From NCBI GenBank assembly GCA_963737155.1, contig CAVTRN010000002.1, positions 512,001-576,000 of the forward strand: a stretch of 64,000 bases of DNA, written 5' to 3'. The position numbers and the translations under genes are program-made. Source of the stretch: Nitrospirota bacterium (GTDB taxonomy: Bacteria; Nitrospirota; UBA9217). The notes below the pieces were generated by a model, which worked only from the letters and a program-made list of their open reading frames with translations, ran no database searches and was not told the DNA's origin. This document shows positions 50,480 to 59,667 of the stretch, piece by piece; within the stretch, counting starts at the first letter, position 1, and every line of letters starts with the position of its first letter.

Positions 50480-50910
50480 TCTCGACCATCCCGGCGGACC
50501 CGATCCTTCTGTCTGGAACCAGCTTAGCACCGGATCCTTGTGATCCTGGAGCGTTCGGGCTACCTTTTTCATGGACTCGATCCGAAATTATCTCATTCGA
50601 TTGATCCATGCGTCTAGAAACTCCTCCGCCCACACCGGCGACTGGCAGCTCCAAACAGTCTGACAGTCCTCGGTCAGCAAATGCAACTTCGTGGATCTCA
50701 GGTTGCTTCTGAGCATTCCTTCAACTTGATAACCTGGTTATCCGTAAGGTCTGGCTTATTCATCCGAAGCGGCCACCGGCTGTGCTTGATGCGTTCTTCC
50801 TATCTCGTTCCTTATACTTCCGAGCCCCTCGGTTCGAACAGCGTCAATTGCCTTATTGATGTTCTGCATGATGTGAAGCCGATCCACTACATGGATTGCC
50901 TGGCGTGCTT
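50480..50910 (-). pseudogene. ISL3 transposase remnant
   Basis: QAIHVVDRLHIMQNINKAIDAVR..IKHSRW..LTDNQVIKLKE..WAEEFLDAW..ESMKKVARTL..VLSWF, broken by stops and frameshifts. Confidence 0.75.
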
Positions 50911-50925
50911 TTTTGTTGCTCGTAG

Positions 50926-50959
50926 AAAAGAAAAACCCACTTGGTCAGAAGTGGGCTTG
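50926..50959 (-). terminator. intrinsic terminator after the HU gene
   Basis: Minus strand CCCACTT-CTGACC-AAGTGGG-TTTTTCTTTT. Confidence 0.7.
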
Positions 50960-50984
50960 AAATAACAGAACGGAGAGGATGTGA

Positions 50985-51272
50985 TTACTTCGTGCCAAGA
51001 ATTGCATCTTTCGCGGCTTTGGCTACTCTAAACTTGACAACCTTTTTTGCCTTTATATTGATGGTTTCCCCCGTGGCGGGATTTCTGCCTATACGGGCTT
51101 TACGCTGAACTAGTACGAGTTTGCCTAGACCGGGAAGTGTGAAGGTATTCTTGGCTTCTTTGTAGGCTATTTCTGCTATGAAGTCCAGTATTTCAACTGC
51201 TGCCTTCTTGGTGATAGATGCCTTTTCCGCTAGCTTTGCTACCAACTGTGCTTTGGTCATTACCTTTGCCAT
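50985..51272 (-). CDS. HU family DNA-binding protein
   Basis: MTKAQLV..LPGLGK..RKARIGRNPATGE.I.I; RBS AGGAGG. Confidence 0.95.
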   Translation of the reverse strand: MAKVMTKAQLVAKLAEKASITKKAAVEILDFIAEIAYKEAKNTFTLPGLGKLVLVQRKARIGRNPATGETINIKAKKVVKFRVAKAAKDAILGTK

Positions 51273-51400
51273 GGATGCCCCCTCCTGAGATATGGAATCG
51301 TGTTGCAATACTGTAACTATATCATATTTGTGAATGATGACAAGGCAATTTGAGTTAGTATTGGCAGCGGAAGGTGATACTTGTTGCAATTATCGAGGCG

Positions 51401-52010
51401 TTATATCATGGGTTGAATATTATTAGGGTTATTGTACTTGAACGAATTCACATCAGGTGCGACCCAATAATTATTGAGTTCCTCCGAAGGAAATGGTTTC
51501 AGTTACAAATAACACTGCCCCTCATCGTGTTTATTCGGGTTCAACCACAGCTTAAAATCATAATGGTAAAGGATAACTGGCATCCTCTTGTGGATTGGTT
51601 ACATCAGATCATAAGCAGAAGCCGTAATTATAGTTGAAGTTAGACCTTATTTCATTCAGGAGATTTCCAAATGTTATAGAGTCCTGCAAAAGCCGTCGGC
51701 TGTTTCGACTTGAGGTGGACGTAGTATGGTATCTCACCCTTTCCTGTCTAAGCCATTCATAGAAACCACGGTAGAATTGAGGTAATGGTCATTTATGAAA
51801 GAATCTTTATAGTTTCAGAACGAGTATTTATCATCGAGCATGCCGTTTGTCTCTCCTTTGCCCAAAATGGCAGGAATCCCCGTCTCCTTGAAAAAGGCGT
51901 TTCTGCCAAACGTCATTGATGACGATTGCAATGTGTTATGAAGGAGTCATTTTGTAACTCAAAAGCCACATTGTAACTCGAACGAACGTCGAAATTGGTA
52001 ATGCCATCTG
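51401..52010 (-). pseudogene. SOS response-associated peptidase (SRAP/YedK) pseudogene
   Basis: SYNVA, LPFWAKE..MINTRSET, GFYEW, TIIT..PIHKRMPVIL..WLNP, VNS..N.P, scattered over frames with stops. Confidence 0.75.
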
Positions 52011-52136
52011 GAAAATACGTATTGTATTCCTCGCCTTTGTGTTTGCAGACCCAATAGACCCAAGTGGAGCCTTCATGCCACAATATATTTATATGTCGTC
52101 CAGATGCATTTCCACCATAAGCGCGAATTGCTTCAT

Positions 52137-53771
52137 CCTAAAAAGAGCAGTTACCCTCAATCAGAGCCACTTATCCACACCATAACGGCAGAAGTTCAGG
52201 CGCCTGCAACGGTTTTCCACCCAGCAGTTTGAAAAATGCACGGCTCAAGATACGTCGCCACCGTTCACCTGGAGTCAACTGCTCCGCAGTTGTTTTCAGG
52301 ATGGCTAGAAAGCGGGATATCTCATCGAGAATGCGCTGAACTTTCCCAGAGCTTGCGTGCGCACTCGTGATGGTCATCATGGTCTGCCCTTGATGGCGTG
52401 TTTGTTTGCCAACCGCATGCAGAAGAAGTGGACGACTCGTAATTGCCTCCAAGTGTTTGTCCGGATGAGCAAGCCTCACGAAGAGCGACCACCAGTTGTA
52501 AACTAATGCTACGGTCCGCGCCATGAAGCCGCAGCGCTTAAGGTCCCGGGTCGTATATCCGCCCCACCCCCACTGATTCTTCAACTCGTCAAAAATATTC
52601 TCTGCATCCGCACGATCACGGTAGTGTTGGGCGATTGTGAGAATCTCGTCTTTGAGGGTGGTGGCTAGTACTGCATACTCATATCGCTTGGCAACTCCGG
52701 GCGCTTCCACAAACCCAAGTTCCATCTGATCCTTCTGCTGCAGGCTTATTGCTACGTCTCCCGTGAGCACTCGTCGAAGGATAATAACGCGACGAGATTT
52801 CTGCCATCCCATGAGTTGAAGGGATTCTTCCACACCCTCCCAGCCCTGTCCGGCATCTACCCAATCGTTACTATAGAATGCCTTCTCAATAAGCCTCCGC
52901 ACGTTCTTCGTGAGGCGTAGCTTCACGAGATAGGGCAATTCTTTTTCTTCTGCCTGACTCATGAAGCCGTCCGTGCCCCAGCCTGAATCCCCCCGGAAAA
53001 AGGCAGGCCAAAAGCGACGCGGGAGTCGTTCCAGAAGCTGCCATAACCCCGGGGTGCTGTAACACGTCGCTGTTTTGTTTCCGGCCTGCACCTCAACATC
53101 CAAAACAAGCCGGGTATTGGCCATCAGGTAACTGTGATAGGTGTGAGACGGCCTGCCGGGCTTATGCGGGTTGTAACCAATGACCGCGCCCTCTTGTTTT
53201 CCGTACAACGGTTTGACCGTCGTATCTCCGTCCATAATCCATGGCATGCACAGGAGGGATTCATAACATCGCCTCATGTGCTCAGTAAGCCATGAGATGC
53301 CGGCATGCTCATCCATCTGCTTAAATCCCCGCCGTACGGTGTCTTCGCTCACGACCTTCGTCATGCCGAGCAGTGCCGGGTTGACATTATCGCTTCGAAC
53401 GCTCGTCATGTGGGAATAACGATGGTGACCGGCTAGAACGGACAACAGGACCGTACCGAGAAGATCGCGTTTCTCGGGTGCGTTAGGACTCGTGTAGTGC
53501 AGTGGACAGTCTGCTACCCATGGTTCGTAGATTCCACCCGTCTTCAAAAAATCGATGAAGAACGCCAGCTGGCCCATTGGCGTAACGGCTGCTGTTGAAT
53601 CCCATTCAACATGCACTTTTCCTGCAAAGGTATCGACTGCAATTCTATCTGTTTTATCTGTAGGTGGAGATGAAATCGAGTCACCCATTGGGTGAGACCT
53701 CCTTGTTGAAAGAAGTATCATAGTATCCAATAGTTAACTCAGATTTGCAAGGCCCAACTGCCGTTTATAGG
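52137..53771 (-). mobile_element. IS1380-family insertion sequence
   Basis: TIR CCTAAAAAGAGCAGTT / AACTGCCGTTTATAGG; 5-bp TSD TTCAT (52132-52136, 53772-53776). Confidence 0.9.
52171..53688 (-). CDS. IS1380 transposase
   Basis: MDGDTTVKPLYG.QEGA..GYNP, RGDSG, YRDRADAENIFDELK. Confidence 0.93.
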   Translation of the reverse strand: MGDSISSPPTDKTDRIAVDTFAGKVHVEWDSTAAVTPMGQLAFFIDFLKTGGIYEPWVADCPLHYTSPNAPEKRDLLGTVLLSVLAGHHRYSHMTSVRSDNVNPALLGMTKVVSEDTVRRGFKQMDEHAGISWLTEHMRRCYESLLCMPWIMDGDTTVKPLYGKQEGAVIGYNPHKPGRPSHTYHSYLMANTRLVLDVEVQAGNKTATCYSTPGLWQLLERLPRRFWPAFFRGDSGWGTDGFMSQAEEKELPYLVKLRLTKNVRRLIEKAFYSNDWVDAGQGWEGVEESLQLMGWQKSRRVIILRRVLTGDVAISLQQKDQMELGFVEAPGVAKRYEYAVLATTLKDEILTIAQHYRDRADAENIFDELKNQWGWGGYTTRDLKRCGFMARTVALVYNWWSLFVRLAHPDKHLEAITSRPLLLHAVGKQTRHQGQTMMTITSAHASSGKVQRILDEISRFLAILKTTAEQLTPGERWRRILSRAFFKLLGGKPLQAPELLPLWCG

Positions 53772-53899
53772 TTCATCGGTTTCACGAGACTCCAGCGAAG
53801 CTGCTCAACCCATCCCCGAACGACCTTGAGCGCCCATGTCTTTGAATTATCAATCCCAGTGTCGGAAAGGACTCCTTCATCAAATATGACTTAAAATAA

Positions 53900-54037
53900 G
53901 TGAATTACCCCGCAGCAAGCTGCGGGGCATCGGAACTTGAAACCTTAAAAAAGCACAACAAAGAAGCTGAAGACTTATCCTGGCTTCGCCAGGATGTCCT
54001 TTTCATCCCAGCAGCAAGCTGCTGGGTATTTCAGGAC
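53900..54037 (+). mobile_element. PATE/REP-like non-autonomous element with IS200/IS605-type palindromic ends
   Basis: GTGAATTA-CCCCGCAGC-AA-GCTGCGGGG and TTCAT-CCCAGCAGC-AA-GCTGCTGGG-TATT hairpins about 100 bp apart. Confidence 0.7.
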
Positions 54038-54065
54038 TGTTTTATAAAGAACCAGAGTTCCTCGG

Positions 54066-54461
54066 TTAAGTATTGGATTCAAGAGTCGCTAGAGAAATAA
54101 GCTTTCCGACGGCCGCATGTATTTCCGTTGATGTGAACGGTTTTATCAAAAGACCCTCTGAGAGTTGGAGGGCTTCCTTCCACTCTTCTTCCTGACCCTT
54201 AGAGAAAACAGTAATAATAGGGATATTTTTAAAAGCTTCCTGCTCCTTAACCCTCTTGATGAATTCAAGACCGTTCATGTGAGGCATGTGCATATCAACA
54301 ATAAGTAGAGTTATGTCAGGATTCTGGGTGAGTTTATTCAGCCCTTCCTGTCCATTGAGTGCTGTTAGAACGGGACATTTATATCTCGTCAGTGTTATCT
54401 GATAAATATGATGAAGAACGGCTGAATCATCAACAACAAGGATCTTGCATAACCCATTCAA
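54066..54461 (-). CDS. single-domain response regulator (CheY-like)
   Basis: ILVVDDS, IVDMHMP.MNGLEF, KPF; TTG start with AAGGAG. Confidence 0.9.
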   Translation of the reverse strand: MNGLCKILVVDDSAVLHHIYQITLTRYKCPVLTALNGQEGLNKLTQNPDITLLIVDMHMPHMNGLEFIKRVKEQEAFKNIPIITVFSKGQEEEWKEALQLSEGLLIKPFTSTEIHAAVGKLISLATLESNT

Positions 54462-54940
54462 AATGATCTCCTTTTATGCCAGAGGAATAATGCCCTAATA
54501 TTGCAGAGTAGTGGTGGCATAATAAGTTTAATTTGATGTAATGTCAATGATTGTTCCTGTCCACTTAACGTTGCCTGCCTGGCAAATAATGTGATATATT
54601 TAAATATATTCCGAAGCGGGCTAAATTATGTCATTAAGAGAAGAAGTATCACGATTCCACAATGGAAACAATATTATGTCCTTACACACCTATCTATGCA
54701 AAAGAATCTAACACATGGAAATTTGTTATGGTACTGACTGAATTTCCCGGTGTGCTTTTTTGATGATAATGGACCTGCTGTTTTTTTAACTTGCAATTCC
54801 CTGTAGCTACAGGGTCACCGCATGGAGGGAAGAGTTTGAGAAACTGCAGGTTTCTCATGAGATAATCATCTTCCTTGTCTGGATTATGAACACAGAATGT
54901 TTTAATGAAACAGGTGCTGATTGTAAAAAAGGAGAGAGCC

Positions 54941-55147
54941 ATGAATTGCTGGGAGTTTAAGAGGTGCGACAATAAAGAAAATTGTCCAGCATTTCCCTTA
55001 AATGGGCAAAAGTGTGCCATTGTATTGGGCACATTATGTATTGGCGAAGTCCAAGATAGTTATAGTGATAAGCTTGAGCGTTGCTATAAATGTGATTATT
55101 TTAGAAGTGGCTTTCACGCAAAAACCAATATTGGTGAAGCTGGATGA
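54941..55147 (+). CDS. small Cys-rich two-CW-domain-like protein
   Basis: MNCWEFKRC..CPAF..C..GTLC.G.VQ..K..C..CDYF; RBS GGAGAG. Confidence 0.8.
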   Translation: MNCWEFKRCDNKENCPAFPLNGQKCAIVLGTLCIGEVQDSYSDKLERCYKCDYFRSGFHAKTNIGEAG

Positions 55148-55307
55148 TTGGGTGGGGAAAAAGTACCGAAAGTCGGATTTATTATAAATGGCATTCTTGG
55201 GAAAGGGCTTTACGAATACAGGTTGTACCTATTTTATATGTTGCGAAGAATGGCGACTACAAGAGTTTCAGGAAGATTCGTAGAAAAGTATGCGCCGCAT
55301 TATAAAA

Positions 55308-56225
55308 TCAGGTTCCCCGTTCTTCTTGCCTTACAGGCACCAGTAGCAGCGGAATAACGGAGCGCCGAGTCACATTCGGTGTGGCGCTTCCCGACCAGAA
55401 GGCATCCATGCCGGTCTTCCCGTGAGTTCCTAGAACGATCAGATCGGCCTCTGTTTCCTTCGCCGTGACAACAATGGTTGTGACGGGATCGCCGCGACGG
55501 ACATCGGCCCTTGCTGTTATGCCCATAGACAGTAATGCGGCAACGTGTCGGTGCAGGTACTCTTTCGCATCCAGCTCTGCCAGATCCAGCAATATATGTG
55601 TTGCCCCGGGCAGTATCTTTGCGGTGGCTGCTTCCTCGCCGGAAAGGGTGTTATATTTTTGAACCACCATAATCAAGCTCAACTCGGCTTCACAAATTTT
55701 TGCCAGACTTGCCGCTACGTTTAACCCCTTTTCGTGTTCAGGGTTACCGTCCAATGTCACCAACATCCTTTTACATATGAATGTGGGTGCCGCTCCGCTT
55801 ATAGATGGCGGTATGAGCAGGATGGGCGTTGTACCAAGCCCAACCACCTGTTGGGCGATTCTGCCAAACATAATGTCGCGCAGACCTCCACGACCATGGG
55901 TGCACATTACGATCAGGTCAGAGCCTAATTCCCTCTCATGTTCAGCAATACTTTGAGCTACGTTGTTCACCTTATTGCTGTGAATATGCCGTTCAACAGT
56001 TATTTCCGGTGGAAAAGCACGTGCAGCCACTTCATCAATGTATCTCTCGGCGTCGCCGAGGTTAGTCAGATGCCGTTCGCCGTGGATTTCCTGTGGCGCA
56101 TCGCGCTCAATGACATGGAGCAGGGAGACCCTGGCTTTCAAAGCCCTGGCAAAATAAATGGCAGCGGGCAGTGCCGCTTCCGCAAGGTGCGATCCGTCCA
56201 AGGGGACTAACAGATGTTTGAACAT
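55308..56225 (-). CDS. universal stress protein, tandem UspA domains
   Basis: LVPLDGS..DLIVMCTHGRGG..; second domain LDG..DLIVLGTHG. Confidence 0.93.
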   Translation of the reverse strand: MFKHLLVPLDGSHLAEAALPAAIYFARALKARVSLLHVIERDAPQEIHGERHLTNLGDAERYIDEVAARAFPPEITVERHIHSNKVNNVAQSIAEHERELGSDLIVMCTHGRGGLRDIMFGRIAQQVVGLGTTPILLIPPSISGAAPTFICKRMLVTLDGNPEHEKGLNVAASLAKICEAELSLIMVVQKYNTLSGEEAATAKILPGATHILLDLAELDAKEYLHRHVAALLSMGITARADVRRGDPVTTIVVTAKETEADLIVLGTHGKTGMDAFWSGSATPNVTRRSVIPLLLVPVRQEERGT

Positions 56226-56226
56226 A

Positions 56227-57537
56227 TTATAACCCCGTTATAAATACCTGATAAACCAGGTAAACGTTTAAGGCTAAAATCAAAGCCACCACAATACTTG
56301 TGAGCGCCGTTGTAGCAGGGTGGTTGACCAATATTCCCATCAGGTTTTTGCGTCTGGTGAACACGATCAGTGGAACAATCGCGAATGGAAGTCCGAAGCT
56401 TAGCACTACCTGGCTAACGACCAGGGTGCGGGTTGGGTCCAGACCGATGAAGATAACTACCAGGGATGGAATAATTGTAACCAGACGGCGAACCCAGACG
56501 GGAATTCGCCGTTGCAAAAATCCCTGCATCATAACCTGGCCCGCCATTGTCCCGACAGCAGAGGAAGACAGGCCGGAAGTCAGAAGTGAAATGGCAAAGA
56601 TCCAGCTTGATGCCGTGCCCAGCAGTGGTTCCAGGGTGCGATGAGCTGTCTCGAGACTTGCAACCTGGGTTAGTCCATGTTTGAAGAACGTTGAGGCTGC
56701 CATGATCAGCATCCCCATGTTGACCAAGCTTGCTACCCCCATAGCAACGACCACATCCACTATTCCATAATGGTACAGGCGCCGTAATTGGTTCGAATCC
56801 TTGGCTACAATGCGGCCTTGAGTGAGTGCAGAATGCAGATAGATGGCGTGTGGCATGACCGTTGCGCCCACTATCCCGGTCGCCAGCAATATGCTCTCTG
56901 TTCCGGAAAATTGTGGAACGACTGAGTGGTATAGCACATCGCCCCAGTTCGGCTTGTCCAGGATGGTTTCGATCAGGTAACTGACAGTTACAACGCCTGC
57001 CAAAGCTGTAATGACCGCCTCGACCGGACGGAAGCCGTAACGCTCTAGACCGAGGATGAGGAAAGTGGTGGCGGCGGTTATGAGACCGGCCAGCCAGAGG
57101 GGGGTGCCAAATAGGAGATTAAAGCCGACGGCCGCGCCTATGAACTCGGCCAGGTCGGTCGCAATCGCCACAATCTCCATCAATACCCACATCGTAATAA
57201 CGACAGGGCGTGAAAAATGATTGCGGCAATGTTCGGCCAGATTAAGTCCCGTGGCGATGCCGAGCTTGGCCGACAGAGCCTGGAGCAGCATTGCCATCAG
57301 GTTACTGGCAACGATGACCCATAGCAGGGTGTATCCGAATTTGGCGCCACCCTGGATGTTGGTGGCGAAGTTGCCAGGATCGATATAAGCGACACTGGCG
57401 ATGAAGGCAGGTCCCAGAAAAGGGAGAAGGCGGGATAAGCGTCCCTTCTGGCTACGATCAGCCAGAACATCCATAGCAGTATCGATCGTCCCTTGATCGC
57501 CGATTTTCTTGCGTTGAGTCTTATCGGATTCATCCAT
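56227..57537 (-). CDS. mntH: Nramp divalent metal transporter MntH
   Basis: AYIDPGN, DLAEF, GATVMPH, SQVVLS. Confidence 0.95.
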   Translation of the reverse strand: MDESDKTQRKKIGDQGTIDTAMDVLADRSQKGRLSRLLPFLGPAFIASVAYIDPGNFATNIQGGAKFGYTLLWVIVASNLMAMLLQALSAKLGIATGLNLAEHCRNHFSRPVVITMWVLMEIVAIATDLAEFIGAAVGFNLLFGTPLWLAGLITAATTFLILGLERYGFRPVEAVITALAGVVTVSYLIETILDKPNWGDVLYHSVVPQFSGTESILLATGIVGATVMPHAIYLHSALTQGRIVAKDSNQLRRLYHYGIVDVVVAMGVASLVNMGMLIMAASTFFKHGLTQVASLETAHRTLEPLLGTASSWIFAISLLTSGLSSSAVGTMAGQVMMQGFLQRRIPVWVRRLVTIIPSLVVIFIGLDPTRTLVVSQVVLSFGLPFAIVPLIVFTRRKNLMGILVNHPATTALTSIVVALILALNVYLVYQVFITGL

Positions 57538-58044
57538 AAGGGCTCTTATGTGTTTTCGTGAATGCGTATACTACGCGTTTCATTCATGACGTTTCAGACG
57601 GCTAGTTACGAAATTGACTGGATTATCAATCGATGCGACGATGTTCTGGAAACCAATCGATAGTTAATAAATTTAAGTATACACGAGTCGCATTTGAAAG
57701 AAAATCCGGGGTGTTTTTTTACAGTTTTTTTGAGTGAGAATTACGAAATGAAACTTGCACTCCACTAGTTATCAATCGATCGCATCTTTCAGTTTTGTCA
57801 TTATCCTGGTCCTCTGGGCTCCAGCTATCGTTTGCAACGCCAATAAATTGACGATGGCAAAGAATGACACCTGTATCATGTAGTCAATGCAGCGATATGT
57901 GGCGCGCTGATTTTCCCCAAATTATTGAACCAAACAGAGTGTAGAGTATTAGAGTGAGTTTAGAGCTAAAGAAGGGACAGGATAAAATACCTACAAGTAC
58001 GCTCGAATATTTTTTTCCGTACGGGTGAGCATTACCATTAAATA

Positions 58045-59667
58045 GAGTCTGTATTTTAATGCAAAAAACGCATTGCGCGAGTGCGACCGAGGACGCCGTA
58101 AGATGTGGTAATTCCCCCGCATTCGCGTTTATAGCCTCGCCGTTTGAGGTAGTTTCGTAATAACATAGCCATAATGCTAATTTTGAACGCACTGGTGCTA
58201 TAAGGGTTGATTGATGATTGAGTTTTCGTTACTATCGGGCCGTTTGAATCTTGGTGATCAGCAGTCCAGTCATAACCCGAATATTATACGCAATTGCACT
58301 CCAGTAAATCTTCGCGTTGAAGTGTGGTCGTGTCTTCCATTCGCAGCGAAACATATCGAACCCTCTTTTGAAATTCGATATGACAGCCTCGATGCCGCTC
58401 CGCCACTTCTTAAGACGCGTTTCCAGGTTCAGGCTGCTCGTCAAATTCTTGAGCGATCCAACGATCTTGTTGAATACGATATTGACGACCCCTTTATCTT
58501 TCGCCAGTTGCTGGTTCAAGAGAGACGCATAGCCGCCGTCCGTCGTCATATCGCGCGGCACGATGCCATAGTTTTCCTTGATTCGATCAATCACGCTGCC
58601 GTATTCCTGAGTGTCGCTGGGGTTGCCATCAAGAATCTTGCAGTCGATAATCAGCATGCTCGCACCTGTCGCCAGATTGATCTTATGCCCGAACGTCGCT
58701 TCACGTTTGCCTTTTACGATGATATCGGTATGATCCTCAAAGATCGAAAACAGCTTGTCCTCGTTCGGCACTTTCTCTCCAGGATCTCGTGGCGATGCGT
58801 CATGCTGTAAACCCTCTCCGCCTTCGGGAGAAGATTCTTGATTTCGGTCGCAAGAGCCAAAGCCGCATCATCTGCGTACCGAAGCGAAGGCAACACAACA
58901 AGCGCGGCCTCAGCCTGATTAATGCTGGTTCGAAGCAATTTCAACTGTTTTTCAAAGGTTTCTTTGCGCTTCTCGCCCGGCTTCGTGTTGTTGATCTTGC
59001 CGAAATGCTTCTTGGCCTGCTTCTTGTACCGCCGCCCCGTGATCACTCCACCGGTCTCTTCAGCGAGTTTTACGAGCAGCCGGTCAAAGGTCTTGATGCA
59101 GTCCCACATCAGCGAATTGTTCGTCGGATAATGGACGTTTGTCTCGATTGCCGTGGAATCGGTTCGCGCCTTGCTGAAATCATCAAGTCCTTCCGCTTGG
59201 GCAATCTTGTTGATTGCGATCATCACTTGCTCAAGCGTTTCCGCTTTGATCATCGAGATGTACTTCTGCCAGACCGAGAAGGATATGGGGGACCTGCCGT
59301 TAAGTTTGAGAAACAGCACGCAGATGCGAGAATCGTGTTGGGCGTACTCCAACTCCCGATATGTCAGCGTCTTCATCTCCTTATACAACGCGCCGCGCAG
59401 AATTTGCTCGATTGTGGGGGTGTCCTTTCTGCCAAGACTTTTTCCCGTGCTGCCCTTGAAGTCCCGTTTGACAAGCTCGTAAATTTCGGGATGCAACGAC
59501 AAAATCGTGTCGATAACCGCGAATTCCGTGTTGACTGCCCAGTGCGGATTCTCAAGCGTGAGTGTCAATTCGTTCAAAAGCTTCATCGTTTCCCCCTTGC
59601 TGATTTTGTTACGCCACTATACTTTTATCGTGCAGAATCAGCAAGTTAAATGATTAAATACAGACTC
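58045..59667 (-). mobile_element. ISNCY/IS5-like insertion sequence, copy 2 (1623 bp)
   Basis: Same TIR as copy 1; TSD TAAATA at 58039-58044 and 59668-59673. Confidence 0.93.
58232..59586 (-). pseudogene. ISNCY/IS5-like transposase, frameshifted by a 1-bp deletion
   Basis: CTCTCCAGG near 58775 versus CTCTCCCAGG in copy 1 splits the gene into 290-aa and 179-aa ORFs. Confidence 0.88.

Larger units (their letters stand above)
52015..53899 (-). pseudogene. second ISL3 transposase remnant, split by the IS1380 insertion
   Basis: Joining 53772-53899 to 52015-52136 gives YLMKESF..WALKVVRGWVEQLRWSLVKPMKQFALMVEMHLDDI. Confidence 0.65.

Noticed and set aside
56785-56805. GGTTCGAATCC tRNA T-loop-like motif
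   Set aside because: Lies inside mntH coding sequence with no cloverleaf around it.
14162-59667. Composite transposon bounded by the two ISNCY-like copies
   Set aside because: Each copy has its own distinct TSD (TAATTA versus TAAATA), so they inserted independently.
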